A stretch of DNA of 63,998 bases, counting the filler. It is 4 parts of 4 records of this genome, joined end to end, with 100 filler letters (N's around TTAATTAATTAA, not from the genome) between each part and the next. Parts side by side here need not be neighbours in the genome. Positions count along the whole stretch, not along the records: positions 9,709 to 33,114 come from SRR20825006_13; 3 more parts are not named here. The stretch is one strand, 5' to 3'. The notes below the pieces were generated by a model. It had not been told where the DNA came from. It did not search any database and saw only the letters and a list, made by a program, of their open reading frames with translations. The first letter of the stretch is position 1. Each line of letters starts with the position of its first letter. Of the stretch, positions 19,724 to 30,010 are shown piece by piece. Both the position numbers and the translations under genes were made by a program.

Positions 19724-21232
19724 ATGCCTAGCAGACCCAGACTCAATTTTAAAATCATTTTTCATTTAATGGGAGTATTGCTCCTTTTTAATGGAGCTTT
19801 TATGCTGGTTTCGGCCATTGTAGGCTATTTTTATGATGCAGTGTCTGTCGCTGTCGGGATCATTTCTGCCGGTTTGTTGACCGTTTTCTTAGGAATGATT
19901 TTAATGTTCTTCACACGAGACCATAAAAAAGAAATTCAAAAACGAGAAGGGTATATCGTCGTTACTTTTGGATGGATCTTTATGTCTCTGAGTGGTTGTT
20001 TACCGTATTTGTTTACAGGATCTATCCCTTCTTTTACAAACGCATTTTTTGAAACCATAAGCGGTTATACCACCACCGGAGCTTCTATTCTAAATGATAT
20101 TGAAGCGATTCCTAATGGAGTTTTGTTCTGGCGAAGCACCACACATTGGATAGGTGGTATGGGAATCATTGTGCTCGCGATTGCGATTTTACCTTTATTA
20201 GGAATAGGAGGAATGCAGCTTTTTGCGGCTGAAGCCCCGGGCCCCAATGCCGATAAATTACACCCGCGAATCACAGACACGGCTAAACGGCTTTGGCTAA
20301 TCTATTTTGGCTACACCGTAGCCGAAACGATTCTACTTCAGATCGCAGGAATGTCGTTTCTTGATGCTGTCAATCACGCAATGAGTACCTTGTCAACAGG
20401 TGGTTTTAGTACAAAAAATGCAAGTGTCGCGTACTGGAATGATAACCCTGCGGTGCAATACATCATTATTCTTTTTATGTTTCTGGCAGGAACCAATTTC
20501 GTCTTAAGCTACTTTGCTTTTAAAGGAAAATTGCGCAACGTTTGGAAGGATGAAGAGTTCAAACTGTATTCTGCTTTTACGGCAGGATTCACCTTATTGG
20601 TGGTTTTGATTATAATTTTCCGTGCTGATGTGTCGGTTTCTTCCATAGATCATCCCATGGTTTTAGGAGAATATGAGAGCGCGATAAGACACGGCTTGTT
20701 TCAGGTGATTTCGGTGATTACAACTACAGGTTTTGTTTCTGCAGACTTTACGATGTGGGCGCCATTTGCAACGATAATCTTTTTTGGACTCATGTTTTTA
20801 GGTGGTTCTGCAGGTTCAACTTCCGGTGGAATAAAAGTAGTGCGACACCTTATGATCGTGAGAAATGGGGTGCTCGAATTTAAACGTACGCTGCATCCTA
20901 ACGCAATTTTGCCCGTGCGTCACAACGGTAAAGCGGTCAAAAAGGAAATTGTTTTCAATATTCTGGCGTTTTTCATTCTCTATCTGCTCGCCTGGATTAT
21001 TGGTGCTTGTGGTTTGGCCTCGATGGGACTCGATTTCCCAACGGCTTTGGGAGGATCAGCGTCTTCTCTGGGTAATGTAGGTCCGGCTTTTGGTATTTTA
21101 AGTCCGGTGAATAATTTTGATGCCTTACCGGTTTTGGGTAAATGGTGGTGTGCCTTTTTAATGCTCATCGGCCGTCTGGAACTCTTTACTGTTTTGATTC
21201 TGTTAACGCCGTTCTTTTGGCGTAATCGCTAG
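19724..21232 (+). CDS. trkH: Trk potassium uptake membrane subunit
   Basis: Four pore loops (SGYTTTG, STGGFS, TTTGF, GNVGP), GRLELFT. Confidence 0.95.
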   Translation: MPSRPRLNFKIIFHLMGVLLLFNGAFMLVSAIVGYFYDAVSVAVGIISAGLLTVFLGMILMFFTRDHKKEIQKREGYIVVTFGWIFMSLSGCLPYLFTGSIPSFTNAFFETISGYTTTGASILNDIEAIPNGVLFWRSTTHWIGGMGIIVLAIAILPLLGIGGMQLFAAEAPGPNADKLHPRITDTAKRLWLIYFGYTVAETILLQIAGMSFLDAVNHAMSTLSTGGFSTKNASVAYWNDNPAVQYIIILFMFLAGTNFVLSYFAFKGKLRNVWKDEEFKLYSAFTAGFTLLVVLIIIFRADVSVSSIDHPMVLGEYESAIRHGLFQVISVITTTGFVSADFTMWAPFATIIFFGLMFLGGSAGSTSGGIKVVRHLMIVRNGVLEFKRTLHPNAILPVRHNGKAVKKEIVFNILAFFILYLLAWIIGACGLASMGLDFPTALGGSASSLGNVGPAFGILSPVNNFDALPVLGKWWCAFLMLIGRLELFTVLILLTPFFWRNR

Positions 21233-21331
21233 TAAGGGTTAACTTTGTTAGTGCTGTGAATTCAGCTGGAAAGCAAAAGTCAGGTCGCTTTTGTTTTTCG
21301 ACTAATCCCAACCAACCCAAAAATAATTGTT

Positions 21332-22312
21332 TTGAAAAATTACGATCTCATTATCATAGGTGGTGGACCTATAGGTTTGGCCTGCGGAATTGCCGCTACA
21401 AAAGCCAATCTAAATTATATAATTCTTGAAAAAGGAGTGCTTGTCAATTCGTTGTACAATTTTCCTGAGCAAATGACCTTTTTCTCTACTTCTAATCTAC
21501 TCGAAATAGGGGATGTGCCATTTGTTGCGCATAATGATAAACCTACACGCAAGGAAGCTTTAGAGTACTATCGCCGCGTTTATGATAGTTGGAAGTTGAA
21601 TGTGCAACTTTATACTCCAGTAGAAAGTATGAAGCAAACCGAAGCAGGATATGTACTTCAAACACCAAAAGGAGCATACAACACTTCTGCTGTAATTGTT
21701 TCTACAGGCTTTTATGATACTGCAAGACGTTTGAATGTTCCGGGAGAAGAGCTTGCCAAAGTGCGCCATTTTTATGACAGTCCGCATCCTTATGTCAACC
21801 AAAAGATCTTAGTGGTTGGCGCTGCTAACTCTGCTTGTGATGTTGCTTTAGAAACGTATTATAAGGGAGCTGAAGTAACGATGGCTATTCGCAGCAATGA
21901 GATTTACCCAAAAACTAAATATTGGATCAAGCCCAATATTGAAAACCGAATTAAAGAAGGTTCTATAAAAGCATATTTTGAGTCTACTGTTGAAGAGATT
22001 AAACCGCATAGTGTAATTCTCAATACCCCAGACGGAACGGTCGAATTAGAAAATGACTTTGTATTGGCTATGATTGGCTATACCCCAGATTTTAATTTAT
22101 TTGAACGTTTAGGAATACCTGTAGATGAAGAAAATCATAAGAAACCAATTCATGACGAAGAAACTTTAGAGACACCATTACCCAATGTGTATGTTGCTGG
22201 AGTCATCAATAGCGGATTAAAAACAAGTAAGTTGTTTATTGAAAATACGCGCGTGCATGCTGATATGATCATTAAGGATCTTAAAAAGAAACTTGCGGTA
22301 ACTTCAGAATAG
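21332..22312 (+). CDS. ypdA: YpdA-family putative bacillithiol disulfide reductase
   Basis: GGGPIG FAD motif, FFSTSNLLEIG, EALEYYRRV, FIENTRVHA; no TrxR CxxC. Confidence 0.85.
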   Translation: MKNYDLIIIGGGPIGLACGIAATKANLNYIILEKGVLVNSLYNFPEQMTFFSTSNLLEIGDVPFVAHNDKPTRKEALEYYRRVYDSWKLNVQLYTPVESMKQTEAGYVLQTPKGAYNTSAVIVSTGFYDTARRLNVPGEELAKVRHFYDSPHPYVNQKILVVGAANSACDVALETYYKGAEVTMAIRSNEIYPKTKYWIKPNIENRIKEGSIKAYFESTVEEIKPHSVILNTPDGTVELENDFVLAMIGYTPDFNLFERLGIPVDEENHKKPIHDEETLETPLPNVYVAGVINSGLKTSKLFIENTRVHADMIIKDLKKKLAVTSE

Positions 22313-22398
22313 TTAATGAATCCCTAAAGTTCAATTTGCCAAAAACCAATAGTGTTTTTCTTCTCGTAAGTGTAGTGTAACTAAAAAAAACTTACATT

Positions 22399-22959
22399 AT
22401 GAAAACGAGAAATTTATTTTCTACAATGCTTGTAGCCTTAGTGATGGTTGCAACCACTCAAGTATTTGCACAAGAAACCAAAATGGTAGGCGGTGCAGCG
22501 ATGTATCCTACGAAGAATATTGTAGAAAATGCAGTCAACTCTAAAGATCACACCACTCTGGTTGCGGCTGTAAAAGCAGCAGGCTTGGTTGAGACTTTGC
22601 AAGGTGAAGGACCATTTACAGTATTGGCACCAACCAATGCAGCTTTTGAAAAACTTCCGGAAGGGACTGTAGCCAACTTACTGAAGCCTGAAAATAAAAA
22701 GGCATTACAAGGCGTTTTGACTTATCACGTGATTGCCGGCAAAAATTCCGCAGCAGCAATTATTCAAGATATTAAAGATGGTGGAGGAACTGCAGAATGG
22801 ACAACCGTAAATGGTCAAAAGTTATGGGGTATGCTCGATGGCGACATGGTGCAAATCAAAGATCAAGCAGGTAACGTGGCAACGGTTACAATCGCCGATG
22901 TTAATCAGTCCAACGGAGTGATTCACGTAATTGATACGGTACTGCTTCCTGAAATGTAA
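22399..22959 (+). CDS. Secreted fasciclin (FAS1) domain protein
   Basis: Signal peptide, FTVLAPTNAAF, LTYHV, SNGVIHVIDTVL. Confidence 0.93.
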   Translation: MKTRNLFSTMLVALVMVATTQVFAQETKMVGGAAMYPTKNIVENAVNSKDHTTLVAAVKAAGLVETLQGEGPFTVLAPTNAAFEKLPEGTVANLLKPENKKALQGVLTYHVIAGKNSAAAIIQDIKDGGGTAEWTTVNGQKLWGMLDGDMVQIKDQAGNVATVTIADVNQSNGVIHVIDTVLLPEM

Positions 22960-22978
22960 TAGTGATAATATCAAAAGT

Positions 22979-23007
22979 AAAAAGCGACCCATAGAGGTCG
23001 CTTTTTT
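22979..23007. terminator. Bidirectional intrinsic terminator
   Basis: AAAAAGCGACC-CATAGA-GGTCGCTTTTT between convergent genes. Confidence 0.85.
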
Positions 23008-23030
23008 AATGTTATAAAGCCGAATTTATT

Positions 23031-24227
23031 TTAGGAAACCGCTTTTTTAATTCGCGCTAAAGCTTCTTTGATTTGATCTTGACTTGCTGCGTAAGAAATA
23101 CGTATGCAGTTAGGATTACCAAAGGCCTCGCCGGTTACCGTAGCAACGTTGGCTTGCTCTAGAATGTAAAGCGCAAAATCTGAAGCATTGTTTATGGTTG
23201 TACCGTTAAGCGTTTTTCCGAAGTAATGCGAAATATTAGGGAAAACGTAAAATGCACCTTCAGGCTCGTTACACTCAAAACCTTCAATATCATTGAGTAA
23301 ACCTAAGATCAATTTTCTACGCTCTTTGAACTCATCAACCATATATTGAATTTTGCTCACTGGAGCTTCAAGGGCTGTGATCACGGCACGTTGTGCGATA
23401 CAGTTAGCACCACTGGTCACCTGACCTTGAATTTTGTTACAAGCGCGGGCGATATATGCCGGAGCTCCGATATAACCAATTCTCCATCCGGTCATAGCAA
23501 ATGCTTTTGCTACACCATTCACGGTTACAACACGGTCGTACATATCTTCAAACTGTGCCATACTTGCGTGACCACCTACGTAATTGATGTGCTCATAGAT
23601 TTCATCACTCACCACTACAATTTGAGGGTGCTTTTGAAGCACATCGGCAAGCGCGCGCAATTCAGCTTCACTATAAATAGATCCGCTAGGATTACAAGGT
23701 GAACTGTACCAAAGCATTTTAGTTTTTGGAGTGATCGCAGCCTCTAACTGCTCTGGAGTCATTTTAAAATCGGTGTCCAATGAAGTTTCAACTTCCACAG
23801 GCACACCTTCAGCAAGCTTCACAATGTCTGAGTAGCTTACCCAATATGGGCAAGGAAGCAACACCTCGTCACCCGGGTTCAAGCAAACCTGAGCCACGTT
23901 GTATAAAGATTGTTTTGCTCCGGTAGAAACCACGATTTGAGAGCGATCATAAGTAAGCTTATTGTCTCGCTTAAACTTATTGATGATCGCGTCTTTTAAT
24001 TCTACATAACCATCTACAGGAGTGTATGAATTGTAATTGTCATTAACAGCTTGTATTGCTGCATCTTTAATGAAATCTGGCGTGTTAAAATCTGGTTCTC
24101 CAAGGCTAAGGCCTATAATGTCTTTTCCTTCAGCACGTAGTTCTCGCGCTTTTGCAGCCATTGCAAGGGTAGCCGAAGCGGCCAGGTTATTAATTCGGTC
24201 AGATAATTGGTTGGTAAGTGTTTCCAT
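23031..24227 (-). CDS. aspC: PLP-dependent aminotransferase class I (aspartate aminotransferase)
   Basis: GEPDF, NPSG, DEIYE, AKAFAMTGWRIG. Confidence 0.9.
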   Translation of the reverse strand: METLTNQLSDRINNLAASATLAMAAKARELRAEGKDIIGLSLGEPDFNTPDFIKDAAIQAVNDNYNSYTPVDGYVELKDAIINKFKRDNKLTYDRSQIVVSTGAKQSLYNVAQVCLNPGDEVLLPCPYWVSYSDIVKLAEGVPVEVETSLDTDFKMTPEQLEAAITPKTKMLWYSSPCNPSGSIYSEAELRALADVLQKHPQIVVVSDEIYEHINYVGGHASMAQFEDMYDRVVTVNGVAKAFAMTGWRIGYIGAPAYIARACNKIQGQVTSGANCIAQRAVITALEAPVSKIQYMVDEFKERRKLILGLLNDIEGFECNEPEGAFYVFPNISHYFGKTLNGTTINNASDFALYILEQANVATVTGEAFGNPNCIRISYAASQDQIKEALARIKKAVS

Positions 24228-24242
24228 TTAAAAAATGTAAAA

Positions 24243-25349
24243 TTAAGCAGTTTGAAGAGCGGGGCGCATGCCCATCTCTTTTAAGTATCTAAAATGAGCA
24301 ATTACCGCTTTACGTGTGGTTTTATACTCATTGTATGGTAAGTTGAATTCTTGAGCCGTTTCCTTCACGATTTTTGAAATTTTCGTGTAGTGAATATGGC
24401 TGATATGTGGAAAAATATGATGCTCAACCTGATGATTCAATCCACCGGTAAACCAGTTTACGATCTTGTTTTTAGTCGAAAAGTTAACCGTGGTAAACAA
24501 CTGGTGAATGGCCCAAGTGTTCTTCATAGTGCCGGTCTGGTCCGGAAGCGGCATATCTGCTTCGTCGATAACATGTGCTAATTGAAACACAACACTTAAA
24601 ATAACGCCAGCCGTGTAATGCATCACAAAGAAACCTAATAAAACTTTCCACCAGGCAATGTCTAAAATCAATAACGGAAGAATGATCCAGATGCTTAAAT
24701 AGATCAATTTAGTAATCACCAATTTAGTCCATTCTAACTTCGGATTTGGGAATTCACCGTAAGATAATTTACGCTTCAGGTAGCGTTTCATCTGAAGAAA
24801 ATCAGTGGTAAGTGCCCAGTTAAAGGTTAATAATCCATATAAAAAGATCGAATAATAATGCTGAAAACGATGGTGCTTATACCATTTGGCGTGTTTTGAA
24901 AAACGTAGAATGCGTCCCGCTTCAAGATCTTCGTCGTGACCATGTATGTTGGTATACGTGTGGTGCAATACATTATGTTGAACTTGCCAATTGTAAACAT
25001 TTCCGGCAAGAATGTAGATGCTGCTTCCCATCACTTTATTTACCCATTTTTTCTTAGAGAATGAGCCGTGATTACCATCATGCATTACATTCATTCCCAC
25101 TCCGGCCATACCTACACCCATAACAATGGTCAATAGCAATTGAGCCCAACCCGGCATATCTATGCTGAGCAGTAAAAAGTATGGGGTGAGAAATAGCGAA
25201 AACATAACTATTGTTTTCAAATATAATTTCCAGTTTCCGGTGCGCTCTACATTATTATCTTTAAAATAAGCGTTCACGCGCTTATTGAGTGTTCGGAAAA
25301 ATTTAGCCGAATCAACTCTTGAAAATTTTATTGTTTTTGTGTCTTCCAT
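24243..25349 (-). CDS. Membrane fatty acid (acyl-CoA) desaturase
   Basis: His boxes HDGNH, HNVLHH, QVEHH. Confidence 0.92.
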   Translation of the reverse strand: MEDTKTIKFSRVDSAKFFRTLNKRVNAYFKDNNVERTGNWKLYLKTIVMFSLFLTPYFLLLSIDMPGWAQLLLTIVMGVGMAGVGMNVMHDGNHGSFSKKKWVNKVMGSSIYILAGNVYNWQVQHNVLHHTYTNIHGHDEDLEAGRILRFSKHAKWYKHHRFQHYYSIFLYGLLTFNWALTTDFLQMKRYLKRKLSYGEFPNPKLEWTKLVITKLIYLSIWIILPLLILDIAWWKVLLGFFVMHYTAGVILSVVFQLAHVIDEADMPLPDQTGTMKNTWAIHQLFTTVNFSTKNKIVNWFTGGLNHQVEHHIFPHISHIHYTKISKIVKETAQEFNLPYNEYKTTRKAVIAHFRYLKEMGMRPALQTA

Positions 25350-25487
25350 AGAATAAAGCTTATTGCAAAAGCACTTTTTAAGTGTTTTTTAACGCGACCT
25401 CAAAAATAAGATTTATATCGTTTTAAGGTCTGAAAATCCTTTAATTTAACGCCCGAAATCCTAATTTTGTTGCCACAAAATTCTATT

Positions 25488-26117
25488 ATGGAGCTAATCA
25501 AGCACTATTTTTCAGATCTTGATGAAAATCAATTGATTCAGTTTGAAAAGTTGAATGAATTGTATCAGGATTGGAATCTAAAAATCAATGTGGTGTCTCG
25601 TAAGGATATTGATGAGATCTACTTGCGACACGTTTTACATTCTTTAGGAATCGCTAAAGTGCAAGCGTTTAAACCGGGAGCGCAAATTCTAGACGTGGGT
25701 ACCGGTGGTGGTTTTCCGGGAATTCCGTTAGCGATTTTATTTCCCGAGACGCAATTTCATCTCGTAGATAGTATCGGGAAGAAAATAAAAGTGGTTGAAG
25801 AGGTTGCTGCAGGGTTAAATCTAAAAAATGTAAAAATCACAAATGATCGCGTTGAGAATATTTCGGGCGAGTATGATTTTATCGTGAGTAGGGCAGTAGC
25901 GCAAATGGAAACTTTTGTGCGATGGATCAAAGGTAGAATAGCTAAAAAGAGTGAGCACCAACTTAAAAACGGAATTCTTTATCTTAAAGGCGGCGATCTT
26001 ACCGAAGAACTTCAACTGTATAAGTCGGCTAAGGTTTATGACTTGAGTGACTACTTTAAAGAAGACTTTTTTGAAACTAAAAAAGTGGTGCATCTTCCCT
26101 TAAAATATAAAGGATAA
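25488..26117 (+). CDS. rsmG: 16S rRNA (guanine527-N7) methyltransferase
   Basis: WNLKINVVSR, HVLHSL, LDVGTGGGFPGIPL, SRAVA, LKGG. Confidence 0.96.
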   Translation: MELIKHYFSDLDENQLIQFEKLNELYQDWNLKINVVSRKDIDEIYLRHVLHSLGIAKVQAFKPGAQILDVGTGGGFPGIPLAILFPETQFHLVDSIGKKIKVVEEVAAGLNLKNVKITNDRVENISGEYDFIVSRAVAQMETFVRWIKGRIAKKSEHQLKNGILYLKGGDLTEELQLYKSAKVYDLSDYFKEDFFETKKVVHLPLKYKG

Positions 26118-26130
26118 CAAGCATTTATAC

Positions 26131-26162
26131 AAAAAATAGCGGCTCAAGGAGCCGCTATTTTT
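26131..26162. terminator. Bidirectional intrinsic terminator
   Basis: AAAAATAGCGGCTC-AAG-GAGCCGCTATTTTT. Confidence 0.88.
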
Positions 26163-26164
26163 GT

Positions 26165-26449
26165 TTAAGTTCGTAACATATTTAGATAGGTTCGGTTACA
26201 TCGTGTTCCAAAACTTCTCAAGAAATCTTTTGCTCTGTTGAGCAACGTGGTGCGCTGCTCCTGATCGATCTCAAGTAACGTATCTTCAAGTTCTTTAAGC
26301 TTGTCATCAATACTTTCTGGATCGCGTACCAGATATAGTTTTTCTTTCTTTCGGGTTATTCTGCGTTTATTTTTCTTTTTTGAAACGTCAATAACTGAAT
26401 ATTTTACTTTCAGTACATACATTTTATTTTCCTCCGTCGTCATAATCAT
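26165..26449 (-). CDS. Small basic hypothetical protein
   Basis: ORF flanked by terminators with its own TACCTTTG -7 element at 26465-26472; ATG at 26449 or 26443. Confidence 0.6.
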   Translation of the reverse strand: MIMTTEENKMYVLKVKYSVIDVSKKKNKRRITRKKEKLYLVRDPESIDDKLKELEDTLLEIDQEQRTTLLNRAKDFLRSFGTRCNRTYLNMLRT

Positions 26450-26540
26450 CGTATTTTGATTACTCAAAGGTAAAAAAAATAGTTCAGATAACCTTAAATT
26501 TAAGTTTACGTAACATTAAGTTAACATTAGAAATAAGGTT

Positions 26541-26575
26541 AAAAGAAAAGCTACCGTCTTCAAGACGATAGCTTT
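26541..26575 (-). terminator. Intrinsic terminator after pruA
   Basis: Minus strand AAAGCTATCGTC-TTGAA-GACGGTAGCTTTTCTTTT. Confidence 0.75.
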
Positions 26576-26596
26576 ATGTTAGATTTTAAGAAGAAT

Positions 26597-28222
26597 TTAC
26601 TCTCCTAAAAATGGATATCTGTAATCTTCTGGGGTAACAAATGTTTCCTTAATCAAGCGCGGAGAAACCCAACGTAATAAGTTGAGAACGCTTCCTGCTT
26701 TGTCGTTTGTTCCCGAAGCACGAGCACCACCAAAAGGTTGTTGTCCTACCACTGCACCTGTAGGTTTATCATTGATGTAGAAGTTACCCGCTGCGTTTTG
26801 CAATGCATCTGTAGCTTCAACAATTGCATAACGATCTCCTGATAGAACAGCGCCTGTTAATGCATAATCGCAATCGTCTACAAGCTCTAAAGTTTTAGTC
26901 CAATCAGCATCTTCATATACGTAAATCGAAACTACAGGGCCAAACAATTCGGTAGTCATTGTGGTGTATTTAGGATCAGTAGTAACGATTACTGTAGGCT
27001 CTACAAAGTAACCGGTAGACTTGTCATAATTTCCACCAGCAATGATTTCAGCTTCGCTGTCTTCTTTAGCTTGGTCAATGTATTTAGCTAGCTTATCAAA
27101 AGAACCTTCGTGAATCACAGCAGTGATGAAGTTGCTCATATCTTCTGGTGATCCCATTTTAAAAGATTTAATATCTTCTAGTAAGAATTCTTTAACCTCT
27201 GACCAGATCGATTTTGCCACATAAACCCGACTTGCTGCGCTACATTTCTGTCCTTGGAATTCAAAAGCACCTCTTGAAATCGCAGTCGCAACTTGTTTTG
27301 GGTTTGCCGTAGGATGTGCTAAAATAAAATCTTTACCTCCGGTTTCTCCAACAATACGTGGGTAGGTTTTATAAGTGTGAATATTTGCGCCAATTTTTGC
27401 CCAAATATCTTTGAATACGTGTGTTGAACCGGTAAAATGAATTCCAGCAAAATCCGGACTCGCCAAAACCGTGTCTGTGATCATCTCAGGATCTCCCATC
27501 ACCATATTGATCACTCCAGCAGGAACACCTGCTTCTTCAAAAACTTCCATAATAACTTGAGCAGAATAAACCTGACTGTCACTTGGTTTCCATACCACGG
27601 TATTACCCATCAATGCCGGAGCAGCCGGTAAGTTTCCTGCGATTGCAGTAAAGTTAAATGGCGTTACGGCATAAATAAAACCTTCAAGTGGGCGGTGCTC
27701 AACGCGGTTCCAAGCAGCAGCTGAAGACTCAGGCTGTTCAGAGTAAATTTCACTCATATACTGCACGTTGAAGCGCAAGAAATCTATAAGCTCACAAGCA
27801 CTGTCAATTTCGGCCTGAAAAATATTCTTAGACTGTGCCAGCATAGTAGCTGCATTAATCTTATAACGGTAAGGTCCTTGAATGAGTTCTGCGGCTTTTA
27901 AGAAAATAGCTGCACGTTGCTCCCAAGGCATTTTTGCCCATTTTTTACGAGCTTCTAATGCGGTTGAGATTGCATCTTCAATGTGTTTTTTTTCAGCTAA
28001 GCTATATTTTCCTAAAGCGTGTTTATGGTCGTGTGGCGGAGACATCGTACGTGTATTTGACGTTTCGATTTTTTCGCCATTTATATAAAGAGGCACATCA
28101 ATCGTGCTGTTGTATAAATTTTTATAGGCTTTTAATACTTCTTCTCGTTCTGGAGTTCCCGGAGCGTAGCTTTTTACAGGCTCATTGATCGCAACAGGTA
28201 CTTCAAAAAATCCTTTTGACAT
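26597..28222 (-). CDS. pruA: L-glutamate gamma-semialdehyde (P5C) dehydrogenase
   Basis: PFNFTAI, FTGST, GETGGKDF, FQGQKCSA, QQPFGGARASGTNDK. Confidence 0.95.
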   Translation of the reverse strand: MSKGFFEVPVAINEPVKSYAPGTPEREEVLKAYKNLYNSTIDVPLYINGEKIETSNTRTMSPPHDHKHALGKYSLAEKKHIEDAISTALEARKKWAKMPWEQRAAIFLKAAELIQGPYRYKINAATMLAQSKNIFQAEIDSACELIDFLRFNVQYMSEIYSEQPESSAAAWNRVEHRPLEGFIYAVTPFNFTAIAGNLPAAPALMGNTVVWKPSDSQVYSAQVIMEVFEEAGVPAGVINMVMGDPEMITDTVLASPDFAGIHFTGSTHVFKDIWAKIGANIHTYKTYPRIVGETGGKDFILAHPTANPKQVATAISRGAFEFQGQKCSAASRVYVAKSIWSEVKEFLLEDIKSFKMGSPEDMSNFITAVIHEGSFDKLAKYIDQAKEDSEAEIIAGGNYDKSTGYFVEPTVIVTTDPKYTTMTTELFGPVVSIYVYEDADWTKTLELVDDCDYALTGAVLSGDRYAIVEATDALQNAAGNFYINDKPTGAVVGQQPFGGARASGTNDKAGSVLNLLRWVSPRLIKETFVTPEDYRYPFLGE

Positions 28223-28353
28223 ATAATTATTTTTTGTTGTTTTTAGTATTTGTTCGTGCTAAACTTTGAACGTGCTAAAGTTACAAAATATAAAAGGCAA
28301 TACCTTGCGCGAACAAGACGCGATTTATATACTATTTTAATGGAATTTTGGGC

Positions 28354-28740
28354 CTAGTTGAGCAAATGGGTAGCGCTAAGCTTAAACGTGGGTATTGAAA
28401 CTTGAAATTGAGCGGAATTTGTAAAATTGATCATCGTATAATACCCGTTCATTGCCCCAAAAGGAGAACGTAGCAAACAGCCCGAAGAGTAGGTGTGTGT
28501 TTCTCCCGGTTTAAGTACGGGTTTCTGGCCAATTACGCCTTCGCCAACTACTTTCTCTTGAATATTTAATGCGTCATAAATATCCCAAGATCTGCTTAGT
28601 AATTGCACGGTGTCTTCGCTGTTATTGGTGATACTTACTTTATAACCAAAAGCATAGAAGAGCATGCCCTCCTTAGTGAAGGAGCCTTCAAAATAAGTAT
28701 CTACAGATACCCGAATGCCTTTAGTTACTTGTTCTACCAT
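28354..28740 (-). CDS. apaG: ApaG domain protein
   Basis: VQLLSRSW, GEGVIGQKP, YSSGC, GAMNGYY. Confidence 0.92.
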   Translation of the reverse strand: MVEQVTKGIRVSVDTYFEGSFTKEGMLFYAFGYKVSITNNSEDTVQLLSRSWDIYDALNIQEKVVGEGVIGQKPVLKPGETHTYSSGCLLRSPFGAMNGYYTMINFTNSAQFQVSIPTFKLSATHLLN

Positions 28741-28742
28741 AA

Positions 28743-29981
28743 TCAATAAAGCGCGGCAGTGAGAAAAAAGAATACGCTGCCCGTAAGTATTCCTAGCATT
28801 AAAAATACAATATTTAGTATAAAAAACTTCATTAAAGTGCGCAGGCGGCTTTCTTGGTAGAAGTTTCGCAGCGCTTTGTAAAAATAAAATGGCGCAACAA
28901 AATTGATAAAAAGTCCGGAAAGCAGACTGCTGCCCATTAGGAATTCAGGAACGAGTAATAATAGTAGTACGAGGAATAGAAAGGTGAATATATGGAAGAT
29001 AAAGATGACGTGTTCCATATAGTTGTAATTTCTTTTCACAACGAAAACTGACCGTAATGTAGCCAGGCAATAAAGACAGAAGCCCCCTATGTAAGGTGTT
29101 TTAAATAAGGACTGTAGCTTCTTGCGGGATGTGACTCGTAATTTATTCTTGTGAAAGCGAACTGATTCAGAATTATAATAAAGTAGCAAAAAAAAACACG
29201 CAAATAACGGTGCTAGAAAAAATAAGAAAACCGGGATTTTTTTTGCGAGGTACTGGCCGAAGGCTACCGGATTTTCTTGAATACGTTTCAAGCCTTTTTC
29301 ACGATCATACAGCCAAACATTCAGTTTACTTTTAGAATACTCAAGACTATCTAAAGCCTGATATGAATTTTCAACTTTTGTCTGCAATGAGAATATGTGG
29401 AACATTTTTAGCTTAAATGCAGTGCGGCTGACAAAATTTAGCGTGTCTAAACTGTTTTCTCTTCTGTAAATAAGGGGCAATTGCTCAAGGCTGTCTTTGT
29501 CTTTAGTATTTAACGCAAGCGTTTTGTAATAGTTGATGGAATCAAGAGGGATCTCCGCGTGATCGTCGTCATCTTGAAAGTTGAAAATGTTTTGTAGCGA
29601 CGGATTTTCTTCAGACTCAGCATCTGCAATTTGAATGAAATCCAAAAAACCGCTTAGTAAAAAATAAATAATGCTAACGCTCAAAAAAAATCGAAACGGA
29701 TTAGCATAGCGCATACGCTTTCCGCTAGTGAAATTTCGAGTGATGACTCCGGGTTTAAACAGAAGGTCTTTAACGGTGTATCTAAACCTGCTGTCATAAT
29801 TGACAATACTGATGATGAATTCGCCAAAATAATCTTGAAGCGATAATTTTTTAGTCGAATTGAGTTGGCCGCAATACGAACAATAGCGGTCGCTGATTTC
29901 CAGCGCATGCCCGCAGTTGAGGCATTCATTGCCTCTATAGCGCAAAGATTTTCTGGAAGTCTGCTCTAGTTGTTTACTCAC
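28743..29981 (-). CDS. DUF3667-type membrane protein with N-terminal zinc ribbon
   Basis: CLNCG...CSYCGQ, KPGVIT...RYANPFRFFL, multiple C-terminal TMs. Confidence 0.8.
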   Translation of the reverse strand: MSKQLEQTSRKSLRYRGNECLNCGHALEISDRYCSYCGQLNSTKKLSLQDYFGEFIISIVNYDSRFRYTVKDLLFKPGVITRNFTSGKRMRYANPFRFFLSVSIIYFLLSGFLDFIQIADAESEENPSLQNIFNFQDDDDHAEIPLDSINYYKTLALNTKDKDSLEQLPLIYRRENSLDTLNFVSRTAFKLKMFHIFSLQTKVENSYQALDSLEYSKSKLNVWLYDREKGLKRIQENPVAFGQYLAKKIPVFLFFLAPLFACFFLLLYYNSESVRFHKNKLRVTSRKKLQSLFKTPYIGGFCLYCLATLRSVFVVKRNYNYMEHVIFIFHIFTFLFLVLLLLLVPEFLMGSSLLSGLFINFVAPFYFYKALRNFYQESRLRTLMKFFILNIVFLMLGILTGSVFFFLTAALY

Positions 29982-30010
29982 GTTCTAAAGATAGAACGAT
30001 TTTCTTAAAG

